Positions 17,860-26,174 of a stretch of DNA of 64,000 bases are shown here, piece after piece (the stretch's first letter is position 1; each line of letters begins with the position of its first letter). The stretch comes from Pirellulales bacterium (GTDB lineage: Bacteria > Planctomycetota > Planctomycetia > Pirellulales > PALSA-1355), in assembly GCA_041750795.1 (NCBI GenBank), contig JBGSYQ010000529.1, forward strand, positions 612 through 64,611. Direction: 5' to 3'. The translations under genes and the position numbers were made by a program. Under the pieces are notes generated by a model. It was not told the DNA's origin. It did no database searches and worked only from the letters and a program-made list of their open reading frames with translations.

Positions 17860-20034
17860 TCAGCGAGTCGACGACCGGAGCTCGATCTGTTGCGACAATT
17901 CCTTTTTCATCTCCGTGAACACGCTGCTCCAGTCGCCGCCGCTTGATTGCCGGAACAGACGCATCGTCGGATACCAGGGACTATCCGTGCGGCCGGTCAG
18001 CCATCGCCATTCGCCGGCCTTGGGCAGCGCCAACCAAACGGGAAGCCCCAATCCACCGGCCAGGTGCGCGACGGCCGTGTCGCAACTGATCACCAGGTCG
18101 AGGTTGCAGATGGCCGCCGCCGTATCCAAAAACGAATCCAGCGAACTCCCCAACTCGTCGACTTGCACCTGCCCGCCTGCCGTGGCGAGCTGTTCGACGC
18201 TCGGCCCTTTTTGCAAGCTGAATAGCTTCAGGCCGCTGATCTCGCCCAAGGGGGCAAACTCGATCAGCGGAATCGATCGCCGCTGATCGAACATGTACTG
18301 CGGGTTGCCTTGCCACACGATGCCTGTCTTGAAGACGTCGCCACCGGGCATTTTCGCGCGCCATTGCTTGAGCGATCTGGAGTCGGCGGCCAGATAGGGG
18401 ACTTCGTTGGGAATCGTGTCCAGTGTCGTCCCCAGCAAGCGTGGCAGGCTCAACAGCGGCACGTGCAGATCGCAACGGGGTAGTTCCTCGCCGCGAGCGA
18501 TCACGCCCGTAAAGCCAGAGGCCTTGAGCAACGAGGCCAGCTCGAGCTGAACGTCAACGTAAACGATACCTCGCTGCCGCTTGAGCAGGTTGAGATAGCG
18601 AATGAAGTGGAGCGTGTCGCCGAGGCCCTGTTCGGCGAGCACCATCAGCGAGCGTCCGTCCAGCGGCGAACCGTCCCACATCGGCGCTTCGTAAGTGCGA
18701 AGCTTGAAGTCCTTGCATTTGAGGCGCCACTCATATTCTCCCCAGCCTTCGGCGAAGTCGCCCCGGCCGAGCGGAATAAAGGATCGATAGAAATGCGTTT
18801 CGGCACTATCGGGATCGACGCGCAGGGCGTCGTCGTAGGCGGCCAGCGCTTCGTCGTCCCGGCCCTGCTGGTGCAGGGCTCCGCCCAGTGAATAGCGGGC
18901 CTGAACATGGCGAGGATCGAGCGCGATGGCGCGTTGCAGGTGCTCAATGCCCTCGTCGGAATGGCCCAGCATGAGCAGCGCCGCGCCGGCGTTGGCGGCG
19001 GCATCGGCCGAGTTGGGGTCGAGCTCCACGGCCTTGCGAAAGTGTACCAGTGCTGGTTCGTATTGCTTTTGGCTGTGGTAGGTTCCGCCCAGGACGTGAT
19101 GCGCCTCGAACGAGTCGGGCTCCAACTCGAGGACTTTGTGGCAATAGGCGGCCGCGGCCTGGTGGTCCTTGCGATCGTGCAACAGCGAAGCCAAATTCAC
19201 CAGCGCGGCGGCCGAGTCGGGCTTGATCGACAGTGCCAGGCGAAAGCACTGTTCGGCCCGATCGGTGTCTCCCAGTCCACGATAAACGCAGCCGAGATTG
19301 CTTTGCGCAGCGCTGTGCCTGGGATCGAGCCGGATGGCCTGTTGCAAGAGCGGCGCCGCCTCGGCCAGTCGATTCTGCATCTGGAACAACGACCCCAGGC
19401 GGTAGAGCGCGTCGATGTGATTCGGATCGATCTGCAGGATGCGCCGCCACAAAGCCTCGGTCTGTGGGTAGTTGCCCAACAACGACTGCGTGACGGCCAG
19501 GCTGACGAGGGCCTTGAGATAGTCGGGCCGCGCCGCGACAGCGGCGGAGTAGCTCGCTTCGGCTTCCGGCAATCGATTCGATTCACGCAGCAGATTGCCC
19601 AGGTTGAAGTGGGCCTCCGCAAACTGCGGGTTCGAACGCACGGCTTCGCGATAGCTGGCTTCGGCTTCGGCCTTTCGGCCGAGTTGATTCAGCAGCGCGC
19701 CGAGGTTGTAGTGCGCTTGTACGTCGTCGGCGTTGAGCGTCAGCGCGCGGAGAAAGCTTGCCTCGGCCGGCGCGTGTTGATGGAGCGTGGCGTAGACAGC
19801 GCCCAGGTGGTTGAGGTAATTCGGCTGCTCGTTGATGGCGATCGCATGCTCAATGGCTTGCGCCGCCTCGGCGTGGCGGCCGGACTGGTGCGCGACCAGC
19901 CCGAGCAAATGCCAGGCGTCGGCGTGGCGTGGCTGGCCGGCCAGCACCTGTCGATAGAGTTGCTCCGCCTGCGCGAGCTCTCCGCGCTGGTGATGAGCAA
20001 AAGCACGCGCTAGTGGGTCGCCGGTGGTGTTCAC
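17860..20034 (-). CDS. TPR-repeat protein with C-terminal glycosyltransferase family 9-like domain (paralog 2)
   Basis: ORF 17860..20214 would overlap the upstream gene. An in-frame GTG at 20034 leaves 14 nt after the upstream TAA (20049-20051). It has many TPR units (AEASY..A...P....A..NLG), then GLGDTLHFIRY ... SCDTAVAHLAGGLGLPVWLAL ... WYPTMRLFRQ. The start is uncertain. Confidence 0.8.
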   Translation of the reverse strand: MNTTGDPLARAFAHHQRGELAQAEQLYRQVLAGQPRHADAWHLLGLVAHQSGRHAEAAQAIEHAIAINEQPNYLNHLGAVYATLHQHAPAEASFLRALTLNADDVQAHYNLGALLNQLGRKAEAEASYREAVRSNPQFAEAHFNLGNLLRESNRLPEAEASYSAAVAARPDYLKALVSLAVTQSLLGNYPQTEALWRRILQIDPNHIDALYRLGSLFQMQNRLAEAAPLLQQAIRLDPRHSAAQSNLGCVYRGLGDTDRAEQCFRLALSIKPDSAAALVNLASLLHDRKDHQAAAAYCHKVLELEPDSFEAHHVLGGTYHSQKQYEPALVHFRKAVELDPNSADAAANAGAALLMLGHSDEGIEHLQRAIALDPRHVQARYSLGGALHQQGRDDEALAAYDDALRVDPDSAETHFYRSFIPLGRGDFAEGWGEYEWRLKCKDFKLRTYEAPMWDGSPLDGRSLMVLAEQGLGDTLHFIRYLNLLKRQRGIVYVDVQLELASLLKASGFTGVIARGEELPRCDLHVPLLSLPRLLGTTLDTIPNEVPYLAADSRSLKQWRAKMPGGDVFKTGIVWQGNPQYMFDQRRSIPLIEFAPLGEISGLKLFSLQKGPSVEQLATAGGQVQVDELGSSLDSFLDTAAAICNLDLVISCDTAVAHLAGGLGLPVWLALPKAGEWRWLTGRTDSPWYPTMRLFRQSSGGDWSSVFTEMKKELSQQIELRSSTR

Positions 20035-20048
20035 GATTTCGTGGTGCT

Positions 20049-21536
20049 TTAGCGACTCGCGGTGAGGGCATTTAGCTCCGCGGCCATTTCGGCAAACACG
20101 GGCTCCCAAGCGCCGAGCTTTGGTTGGCGGAACAAACGCATCGTAGGGTACCAGGGCGTGTCGGTGCGACCGAGCAGCCATCGCCAATCCGCGTACGCCG
20201 GGATCGCCAACCAAACCGGCACGCCCAGGGCGCCTGCCAGGTGACCCAGCGAGGTGTCGCAGGTGATCAGCAGATCCAAATTGCGCAAGATCGCGGCCAC
20301 GTCAAGGAACGGCTCGGCCTGCGGATCGATGAGCTGTTGCAGATCGACGACCTGGAACTGATCCCCGACGGCGGCGAGTTGCTCGCGACCGTGTCCTTTC
20401 TGCAAGCTCAGCAGGCTGACGCCGCCTACCCTCGCCAGCGAGCCGAACTGCGCAAGCGGGATCGAACGATAGCGATCGTCGCGGTGCGTGGGTCGGCCCT
20501 GCCAGGCAATGCCGACCTTCAGTCCGCGAAACGCTGCCAGTTGTGTGCGCCAACGCGCCACGCGTTCTTCGCTGGCCGTCAGGTACGGCACTCCGCCCGG
20601 AATCGTGGCGAGCGTGGTGCCGAGCACGCGCGGCAGGCTGAGCAGCGGAATCTGAAAGTCGTAGCCGGTGGCGCTGGCGGCCGGCAGCGGCTGGTCGGGG
20701 GGCGCCTGGACTGCCAGATGCTCGATGCCCGCTTCGCGAAACAGGGGGATCAGCAATTGCGGCACCTCGAGCGTCACGCGCTGGCAGCGCTTGCGGACCA
20801 AGGGCAGGTAGCGCACGAACTGAATCATGTCGCCGATGCCTTGCTCGCCGTGGACGATCAACGATGGCGCGGCCAGCGGCCCGCCGTCCCATTCGGCTTC
20901 GGGGCGGCGCCGCGTGCCGAACTCCGGAAAATCCAACCGCGCCTCGTAGTCGCGAAAGCCTTCGACAAAGTGCCCTTGCGTGAGCAAGACCATGCCGCGG
21001 TTGTAGCGCGCATAGCGCGAATCAGGATCGATGGCAAGTGCCGCGTTGAAATGTTCAAGTGCCGCGTCGTATTGCCCCGCGCCTTTTAGCAGTATGCCCA
21101 GATTGACGTGGGACGCACGGTGCCGCGGCTGTAACTGGAGCGTGCGACGGTAGTAGCCGGCTGCTTCGTCGCGGCGGCCGGCATGTTCCATCACCAGGCC
21201 CAGGTGATACGTGGCGTCGGGCTGCTGAGGATCGAATTGCAGGGCACGCAGCAACACTACTTCGGCCTGTTGATAGCGGCCGGTCATCACATAGATGGAA
21301 CCCAGATTGATCAAGACGCGCAGATTGTGCGGCTCTTGCGCCGCGGCTTGTTCGAGCAGGGTTATGCCTTCGTCGCGGCGCCCCGCGTCGACGACCAGCG
21401 CGGCGTAGCGGTTGAGCGTCTCCGCGTGGCCCGGATACTGAGCGAGCACCTGCCGGTAGATCGACTCGGCCTGCTCCCAACGGCGCGCCTGATGGTGCGA
21501 GAGTCCCAGTGCCAGGGCTTCGGAAATCGTGGGCAT
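20049..21536 (-). CDS. TPR-repeat protein with C-terminal glycosyltransferase family 9-like domain (paralog 1)
   Basis: ORF 20049..21581. I prefer ATG 21536 (MPTISEALALGL). It has about 5 TPR units, then GIGDMIQFVRY ... TCDTSLGHLAGALGVPVWLAI ... WYPTMRLFRQ. Confidence 0.8.
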   Translation of the reverse strand: MPTISEALALGLSHHQARRWEQAESIYRQVLAQYPGHAETLNRYAALVVDAGRRDEGITLLEQAAAQEPHNLRVLINLGSIYVMTGRYQQAEVVLLRALQFDPQQPDATYHLGLVMEHAGRRDEAAGYYRRTLQLQPRHRASHVNLGILLKGAGQYDAALEHFNAALAIDPDSRYARYNRGMVLLTQGHFVEGFRDYEARLDFPEFGTRRRPEAEWDGGPLAAPSLIVHGEQGIGDMIQFVRYLPLVRKRCQRVTLEVPQLLIPLFREAGIEHLAVQAPPDQPLPAASATGYDFQIPLLSLPRVLGTTLATIPGGVPYLTASEERVARWRTQLAAFRGLKVGIAWQGRPTHRDDRYRSIPLAQFGSLARVGGVSLLSLQKGHGREQLAAVGDQFQVVDLQQLIDPQAEPFLDVAAILRNLDLLITCDTSLGHLAGALGVPVWLAIPAYADWRWLLGRTDTPWYPTMRLFRQPKLGAWEPVFAEMAAELNALTASR

Positions 21537-21581
21537 GGCTGACGACTGAAAGATCGCGCGTGGGTGACGTTCGCCGACCAA

Positions 21582-22820
21582 CTACGGTTGGCCGACGGCC
21601 AACAGATGCGATTCGGTGCGCAGAAACATGCGTCCGCCGGCGACGGCCGGCGTGGCGCGGCTGGTCTCGCCCAGCGCACTACGACCCAGCAACTGGTACT
21701 GGTCGGCAGCGGCCAGGCACACTACGTCGCCATCCACCGACACTCCGTAAATGCGGTCTGCCACGCGCACCGGCGAACTGAAGTAGTTGCCGCCGACGCG
21801 CTGGCGCCAGCGAACCTCGCCCGTGGCGCCGTCGATGCAACTGGCGATGCCGCGATCGTTCCACAGAAACACCAGCTTGCCGTGCGTGACCATCGTGGGC
21901 ACGTAGGGCGCCAACGCGCGATCGATGCGATACACGGCGCGCGGCTCGTCGTCCGTCGAAGTGGGCGGTTCGACGGCAATCACGGCATTGTTGCCGGCCC
22001 CGTCGCCGCAGGCGGCCAGCACCAGGTTCTCGAACAAAATGGGCGAGCCGACGGGCCGCCGCTCCAGCGCCGCCAATTCCCAGTGGGTCGAGCCGTTCGT
22101 CGGATCGAGGCTGGCCACGCCGTGTGAGCGTCCCACCACGATCAACTCGTCCGGCTGACCGGGCCGCTGCCGAATGCAGGGCGCCGCATACGAGGCGTTC
22201 TGCTCGACCAGCACCTGGCGTGGAACCTTCCAGCGGATGGCGCCGCTGGCGGCGTCGACGGCCACCAGAAAACTCTCGCCATCCTGATCGTTGGTGAGGA
22301 TCACCAGATCGCGATACACGACCGGCGACGCGGCGAAGCCGTGCTGGCTGGTGAAGCTACCCAAGGGCAGCCGCCAGAGCTCGTTGCCCTGGTGGTCGAA
22401 GGCCAACAAGGCAAGTTCCTCGGGCGTGGCCCAGGCGCAGTAAACGCGCTTGGCGTCGGCGGCGGGCGTGCTTGAGGCGAACGTGTTTTGCTGATGAACG
22501 TGGTAGCGCGAGGCGGGGTAGTCTCGCTTCCAAAGCAAGCGGCCGTCGCGCGCCGACAGGCACAGCACGTGTCGCGTGCCATCGGTCACGTCGGCGCTGG
22601 TCAGAAAAATGCGATCGCCCCACAACACGGGTGACGAGTTACCCTTGCCGGGTAGTTCGACCTTCCACAACAGCTCGTCGTCGTCCCAGGCGACGGGAAT
22701 CGTGGTGGCGTCGCTTTGACCGGCTCCGTTAGGGCCGCGAAAGCGCGGCCACTCCTGGGCAGGCAAGGCCGACCACGCGAGCAACCAAGACAACGCGACA
22801 GCGAGAGAGAACCGAATCAT
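21582..22820 (-). CDS. PQQ-like (BamB-like) beta-propeller repeat protein, secreted
   Basis: ATG 22820 has AGGAG 9 nt upstream. The signal peptide is MIRFSLAVALSWLLAWSALPAQE. WPRFRGPNGAG and repeated G..LW / G...W propeller blades follow. Confidence 0.85.
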   Translation of the reverse strand: MIRFSLAVALSWLLAWSALPAQEWPRFRGPNGAGQSDATTIPVAWDDDELLWKVELPGKGNSSPVLWGDRIFLTSADVTDGTRHVLCLSARDGRLLWKRDYPASRYHVHQQNTFASSTPAADAKRVYCAWATPEELALLAFDHQGNELWRLPLGSFTSQHGFAASPVVYRDLVILTNDQDGESFLVAVDAASGAIRWKVPRQVLVEQNASYAAPCIRQRPGQPDELIVVGRSHGVASLDPTNGSTHWELAALERRPVGSPILFENLVLAACGDGAGNNAVIAVEPPTSTDDEPRAVYRIDRALAPYVPTMVTHGKLVFLWNDRGIASCIDGATGEVRWRQRVGGNYFSSPVRVADRIYGVSVDGDVVCLAAADQYQLLGRSALGETSRATPAVAGGRMFLRTESHLLAVGQP

Positions 22821-22870
22821 CGTGAGAGGCTCCTGCGAGAAAGGCACTTGCCCGGCGCTGGGGCGGGGCG

Positions 22871-24823
22871 CTAGCGCTCGATGCGATACTCGTCGACTTT
22901 ACGATACAAGGTGGCGCGGCCGATGCCCAGTAGGTTGGCGGCTTCCGGTACGTTGCCGCCGGTCCGCGCCAAGGCGTCTTTGATGAGACGCTGCTCCCAA
23001 TACTGCAAATTGAGCGATTCCAATTCGCCGCCGACCGGATCCAGCAGGCCGAGATCCGCCACGCGGATTTCCTGGTTATCGGCCAGCACCACCGCGCTAT
23101 CGATCACATTGCGCAATTGCCGCACGTTGCCGGGCCACTGATAGGCCAGCAGCTTGGCGCGGGCCTCGGCCGAGAGCCGCACTCCGGGCCGGCCGTGCTG
23201 GCGGCGGAAGTGGTCGAGAAGGAAGTCGACCAGCCGTGCTACGTCAGGCCCACGCTCGCGCAGCGGAGGCGCTCGCAATTCGAACACGGCCAGCCGATAG
23301 TACAAATCCTCGCGAAACTTCTTCTGGCGGACGTACGTCTGCAGATTCTGGTTCGTGGCCGCGATCACGCGCACGTCGACGCTGATCTCCTTCTGTCCGC
23401 CCACGGGCAGAAACGGATGCCCCTCGAGAATGCGCAGCAGCTTGGCCTGGCCTTCGAGGGTCATCTCGCCGACTTCGTCGAGGAACAGCGTGCCCAAATC
23501 GGCCTGCTGGAAGTAGCCCACGTGGTCGCGATCGGCGCTGGTGAACGAGCCGGCTTTGTGCCCGAAGAGCTGGCTTTCCATCAGTTCCTGGGGAATGGCC
23601 GCGCAATTGACGCAGAGCATCGGCCGGTCGGCGCGGGCGCTCTCCTGGTGTACGGCGCGGGCGATGAGCTCCTTGCCGGTGCCGCTTTCGCCGGTGATCA
23701 GCACGCAACTGCCGGCGCGGGCCATGCGCGCTATTTTGCTCTTCAATTCAACCATCGAGGGGCATTCGCCGATAATCTCGCCTTGGTCGGGCAGCTTGGC
23801 GACCAGGTGTTGATACTCGGTAGTCAAGTTGCGTTCGCGCTGCGCTCGCACCAATGCGACGGTGGTGATGTTGGCCAGTGAGATGGCGAAGTCGAAGTCC
23901 GATTGGCGGAAGCGCCCGTGTTCGAGATAGGCGTGGACGGCGCCCAGCACGGACGTGTTGTGTACCAGGGGAACGCACAGCGCGTCGGCATAGTGTTCGA
24001 GGCTTTCGGAGGTTTCGCCGCTGCGGTGGTTGGTCACCCAAACGGCCTGCCCTTGACGTGACACCATTTCGGTCAGCGACTTGGAGAGCGTGACGTGCGG
24101 GCCGGCGTTGGGAGGAATGACCAGCCGGGGCTTCAACTCGCCGTTGTCGTTGAGCCACAAGAAACCCGAGATCGTAGCACGCGTCCAATCCATCAGCAGT
24201 TCGAGCGACGTGCGCACCACCTCGTCGGGCGAGTCGCACCCCAGCAGCTTGATGCTGAACTGATACAGCAAGAGCAGTTCCTTGGTGCGCTGCGAATCGC
24301 GCAGCGCGGCCAGTACGCTCGACTCGGAAGTGATGCCGTCAACGAGTTGGTTCTTGATGACGGTCTCGGTCAGGCCGTCTTCCTCGGCGGCCGAGTCGAG
24401 GGTCGGCGGCTGGTCGGTCAAGTGGAATTCGAACTCGGTAGTGCCTACGCGCACGTGGTGCCCGTCGCTCAAGGCCACGTCGTCGATGCGTTGATCGTTG
24501 ACAAACGTGCCGTTGCGGCTGTCGACATCGCGAATGTGCCAGATGCCGCTCTGCTGCAGGATGATGGCGTGTACGCGCGAACAAAGCGGGTCGTTCAAGG
24601 CGATTGCGCACTCGGGATCGCGCCCCAGGCGATTCTCCTCGGTCGGATCGAGCAGGAAGCTCACCCCGTTGCGGCTGCCGACGGTCATCGTCAGGTATAC
24701 GTACACGGGCAGGCGCTGAGGTGGTGAGAGAGAAGGAGTTTCCAAGGCTGGGCGATCCATCGGCAGGACGGCGCGTTCATTCAGTATACCGCGCCCGGCG
24801 GGTGACTGGGACCGCGGCGCCAA
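22871..24823 (-). CDS. sigma-54-type enhancer-binding protein, FHA-GAF-AAA+-HTH architecture
   Basis: FHA signature (RLGRD..C.I.L.D...SR.HA...., RD..S.NGTFVN). The central region is GAF-like. AAA+ motifs are Walker A GESGTGKE, DEVGEM and QAKLLR. A C-terminal Fis-type HTH (AANLLGIGRATLYRK) is present. Start is uncertain (in-frame Met codons at 24823, 24760, 24688). Confidence 0.85.
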   Translation of the reverse strand: MAPRSQSPAGRGILNERAVLPMDRPALETPSLSPPQRLPVYVYLTMTVGSRNGVSFLLDPTEENRLGRDPECAIALNDPLCSRVHAIILQQSGIWHIRDVDSRNGTFVNDQRIDDVALSDGHHVRVGTTEFEFHLTDQPPTLDSAAEEDGLTETVIKNQLVDGITSESSVLAALRDSQRTKELLLLYQFSIKLLGCDSPDEVVRTSLELLMDWTRATISGFLWLNDNGELKPRLVIPPNAGPHVTLSKSLTEMVSRQGQAVWVTNHRSGETSESLEHYADALCVPLVHNTSVLGAVHAYLEHGRFRQSDFDFAISLANITTVALVRAQRERNLTTEYQHLVAKLPDQGEIIGECPSMVELKSKIARMARAGSCVLITGESGTGKELIARAVHQESARADRPMLCVNCAAIPQELMESQLFGHKAGSFTSADRDHVGYFQQADLGTLFLDEVGEMTLEGQAKLLRILEGHPFLPVGGQKEISVDVRVIAATNQNLQTYVRQKKFREDLYYRLAVFELRAPPLRERGPDVARLVDFLLDHFRRQHGRPGVRLSAEARAKLLAYQWPGNVRQLRNVIDSAVVLADNQEIRVADLGLLDPVGGELESLNLQYWEQRLIKDALARTGGNVPEAANLLGIGRATLYRKVDEYRIER

Positions 24824-24958
24824 GACGTCGATTTTGCTTCAGGCGCCGTCGCGTTGTCCCTTCCAAGGGTCGCTCACTAGAATGGCCACAGGCGTATGCC
24901 ATGCGGGCGGTTGGTCGCTTTTTTCTCGTGACATTTCCTCCAGTTGACGGCCCTCGTG

Positions 24959-25780
24959 ATGATGGCCTTCGGATTGATGGCCGCGGCATCGAAGTTCGAT
25001 AGTTTGCCAGCCGATGCGGGGTTGCTGCTCGTGGGGCACGGCACGCGCTATGCGCCCGGCGTTGACGAGTTCTTGAACCTGGCCGAGCGTGTGGCCGCGC
25101 GCGCAAGTGGCCGGGCCGTCGAGCCGTGCTTTCTCGAGATCGCTGCGCCCTCGATTGCCCAGGGTTTTGCGCGGCTCGTCGAGCAGGGGGTGACAAGCGT
25201 GGTGGTGGCGCCTGTAATTCTGTTTGCCGCCGGGCACATCCGCCACGACATTCCGAGTGAAGTGGTGGCCGCGGCCCGGGAGTATTGCGGTGTAGCAGTG
25301 GCGCAAGCACCGCACTTGGGATGTCATCCGGCGCTGGCCCAACTGTCCAGCCAGCGATTCGCCGAGGCGTTGAACTTGGGACCGCGCGTCGCGCCGGAGG
25401 ATACGGCGCTGGTAATGGTGGGACGCGGCAGCCGCAACGCCGAGGCCACCGAAGAGATGCTGCGCTTTGCGCAATTGCGCCACGCGACCTCGCCGGTCGG
25501 CGACACGCGCACCGCGTTTCTGGCGATGGCCGATCCGCCGCTTGGTGAAACACTCGAACGGTTGGCCGAGGGGCCGATGAAGCGCGTGGTGGTGCAACCC
25601 CATCTGCTGTTTGCCGGCGAGCTTATCGAGCGGGTGCGATCGCTGGTGCGCGACTTCGCGAAGCGGCATGCCCACGTCGATTGGCGCGTGACCCAGCACC
25701 TTGGTCCCGACGAATTGGTGGCCACGGCGATTCTCGATCGCGTCCACGAAGCGGCGCGCTTGCCGGTCGATGGTTGCTGA
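24959..25780 (+). CDS. cbiX: sirohydrochlorin chelatase, CbiX long form
   Basis: Two CbiX halves are present: LLLVGHGTR ... VVVAPVILFAAGHIRHDIP and LVMVGRGSRN ... VVVQPHLLFAGEL. The ORF opens at TTG 24944 and the first ATG is at 24959. Start uncertain. Confidence 0.8.
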   Translation: MMAFGLMAAASKFDSLPADAGLLLVGHGTRYAPGVDEFLNLAERVAARASGRAVEPCFLEIAAPSIAQGFARLVEQGVTSVVVAPVILFAAGHIRHDIPSEVVAAAREYCGVAVAQAPHLGCHPALAQLSSQRFAEALNLGPRVAPEDTALVMVGRGSRNAEATEEMLRFAQLRHATSPVGDTRTAFLAMADPPLGETLERLAEGPMKRVVVQPHLLFAGELIERVRSLVRDFAKRHAHVDWRVTQHLGPDELVATAILDRVHEAARLPVDGC

Positions 25781-26077
25781 CAGGTCCTGCACGTGCGCCA
25801 AGCTGCGGCATGTTCGACGGTGACGTGCTGCCCCATCGAATTGAGGTGGAGCGAGCCTGCTGAATTGCCGATGCCAAGGCGTAGGGTTCGCCCGCGGCGG
25901 ACCTGTGGCCTATCTTTGTGTATCCGGCCGATTCGGCTCGAGGCGCGACCCAAGGACGCACGGCAAGCGTAGCTACCTGTGAGGCGATGCCGCCCTCCGC
26001 TCGATTGGCGCGACTTTGGCGGTGATATCACGGGCCGGCGATAGCAGTTGCGGGAATTTGGGCCATCCATCCTGATC

Positions 26078-26106
26078 TTGCAATCGGGGAGCAGGGCAGC
26101 TAGGAT
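26078..26106 (+). promoter_or_regulatory. sigma-70-like promoter candidate upstream of the protease gene
   Basis: TTGCAA (26078-26083), a 17-nt spacer, then TAGGAT (26101-26106), about 70 nt upstream of ATG 26175. Pattern match only. Confidence 0.25.
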
Positions 26107-26174
26107 CCCGTTTAACCCGTTCAAATTGCGGCACTTAGGCTTTCTGGGCAGCAGCAAAACACGAGGAATCACTG

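Noticed and set aside
24911-24930. A T6 run (24918-24923) upstream of cbiX could be a terminator.
   Set aside because: I could not find a stable stem immediately 5' of the T-tract on either strand.
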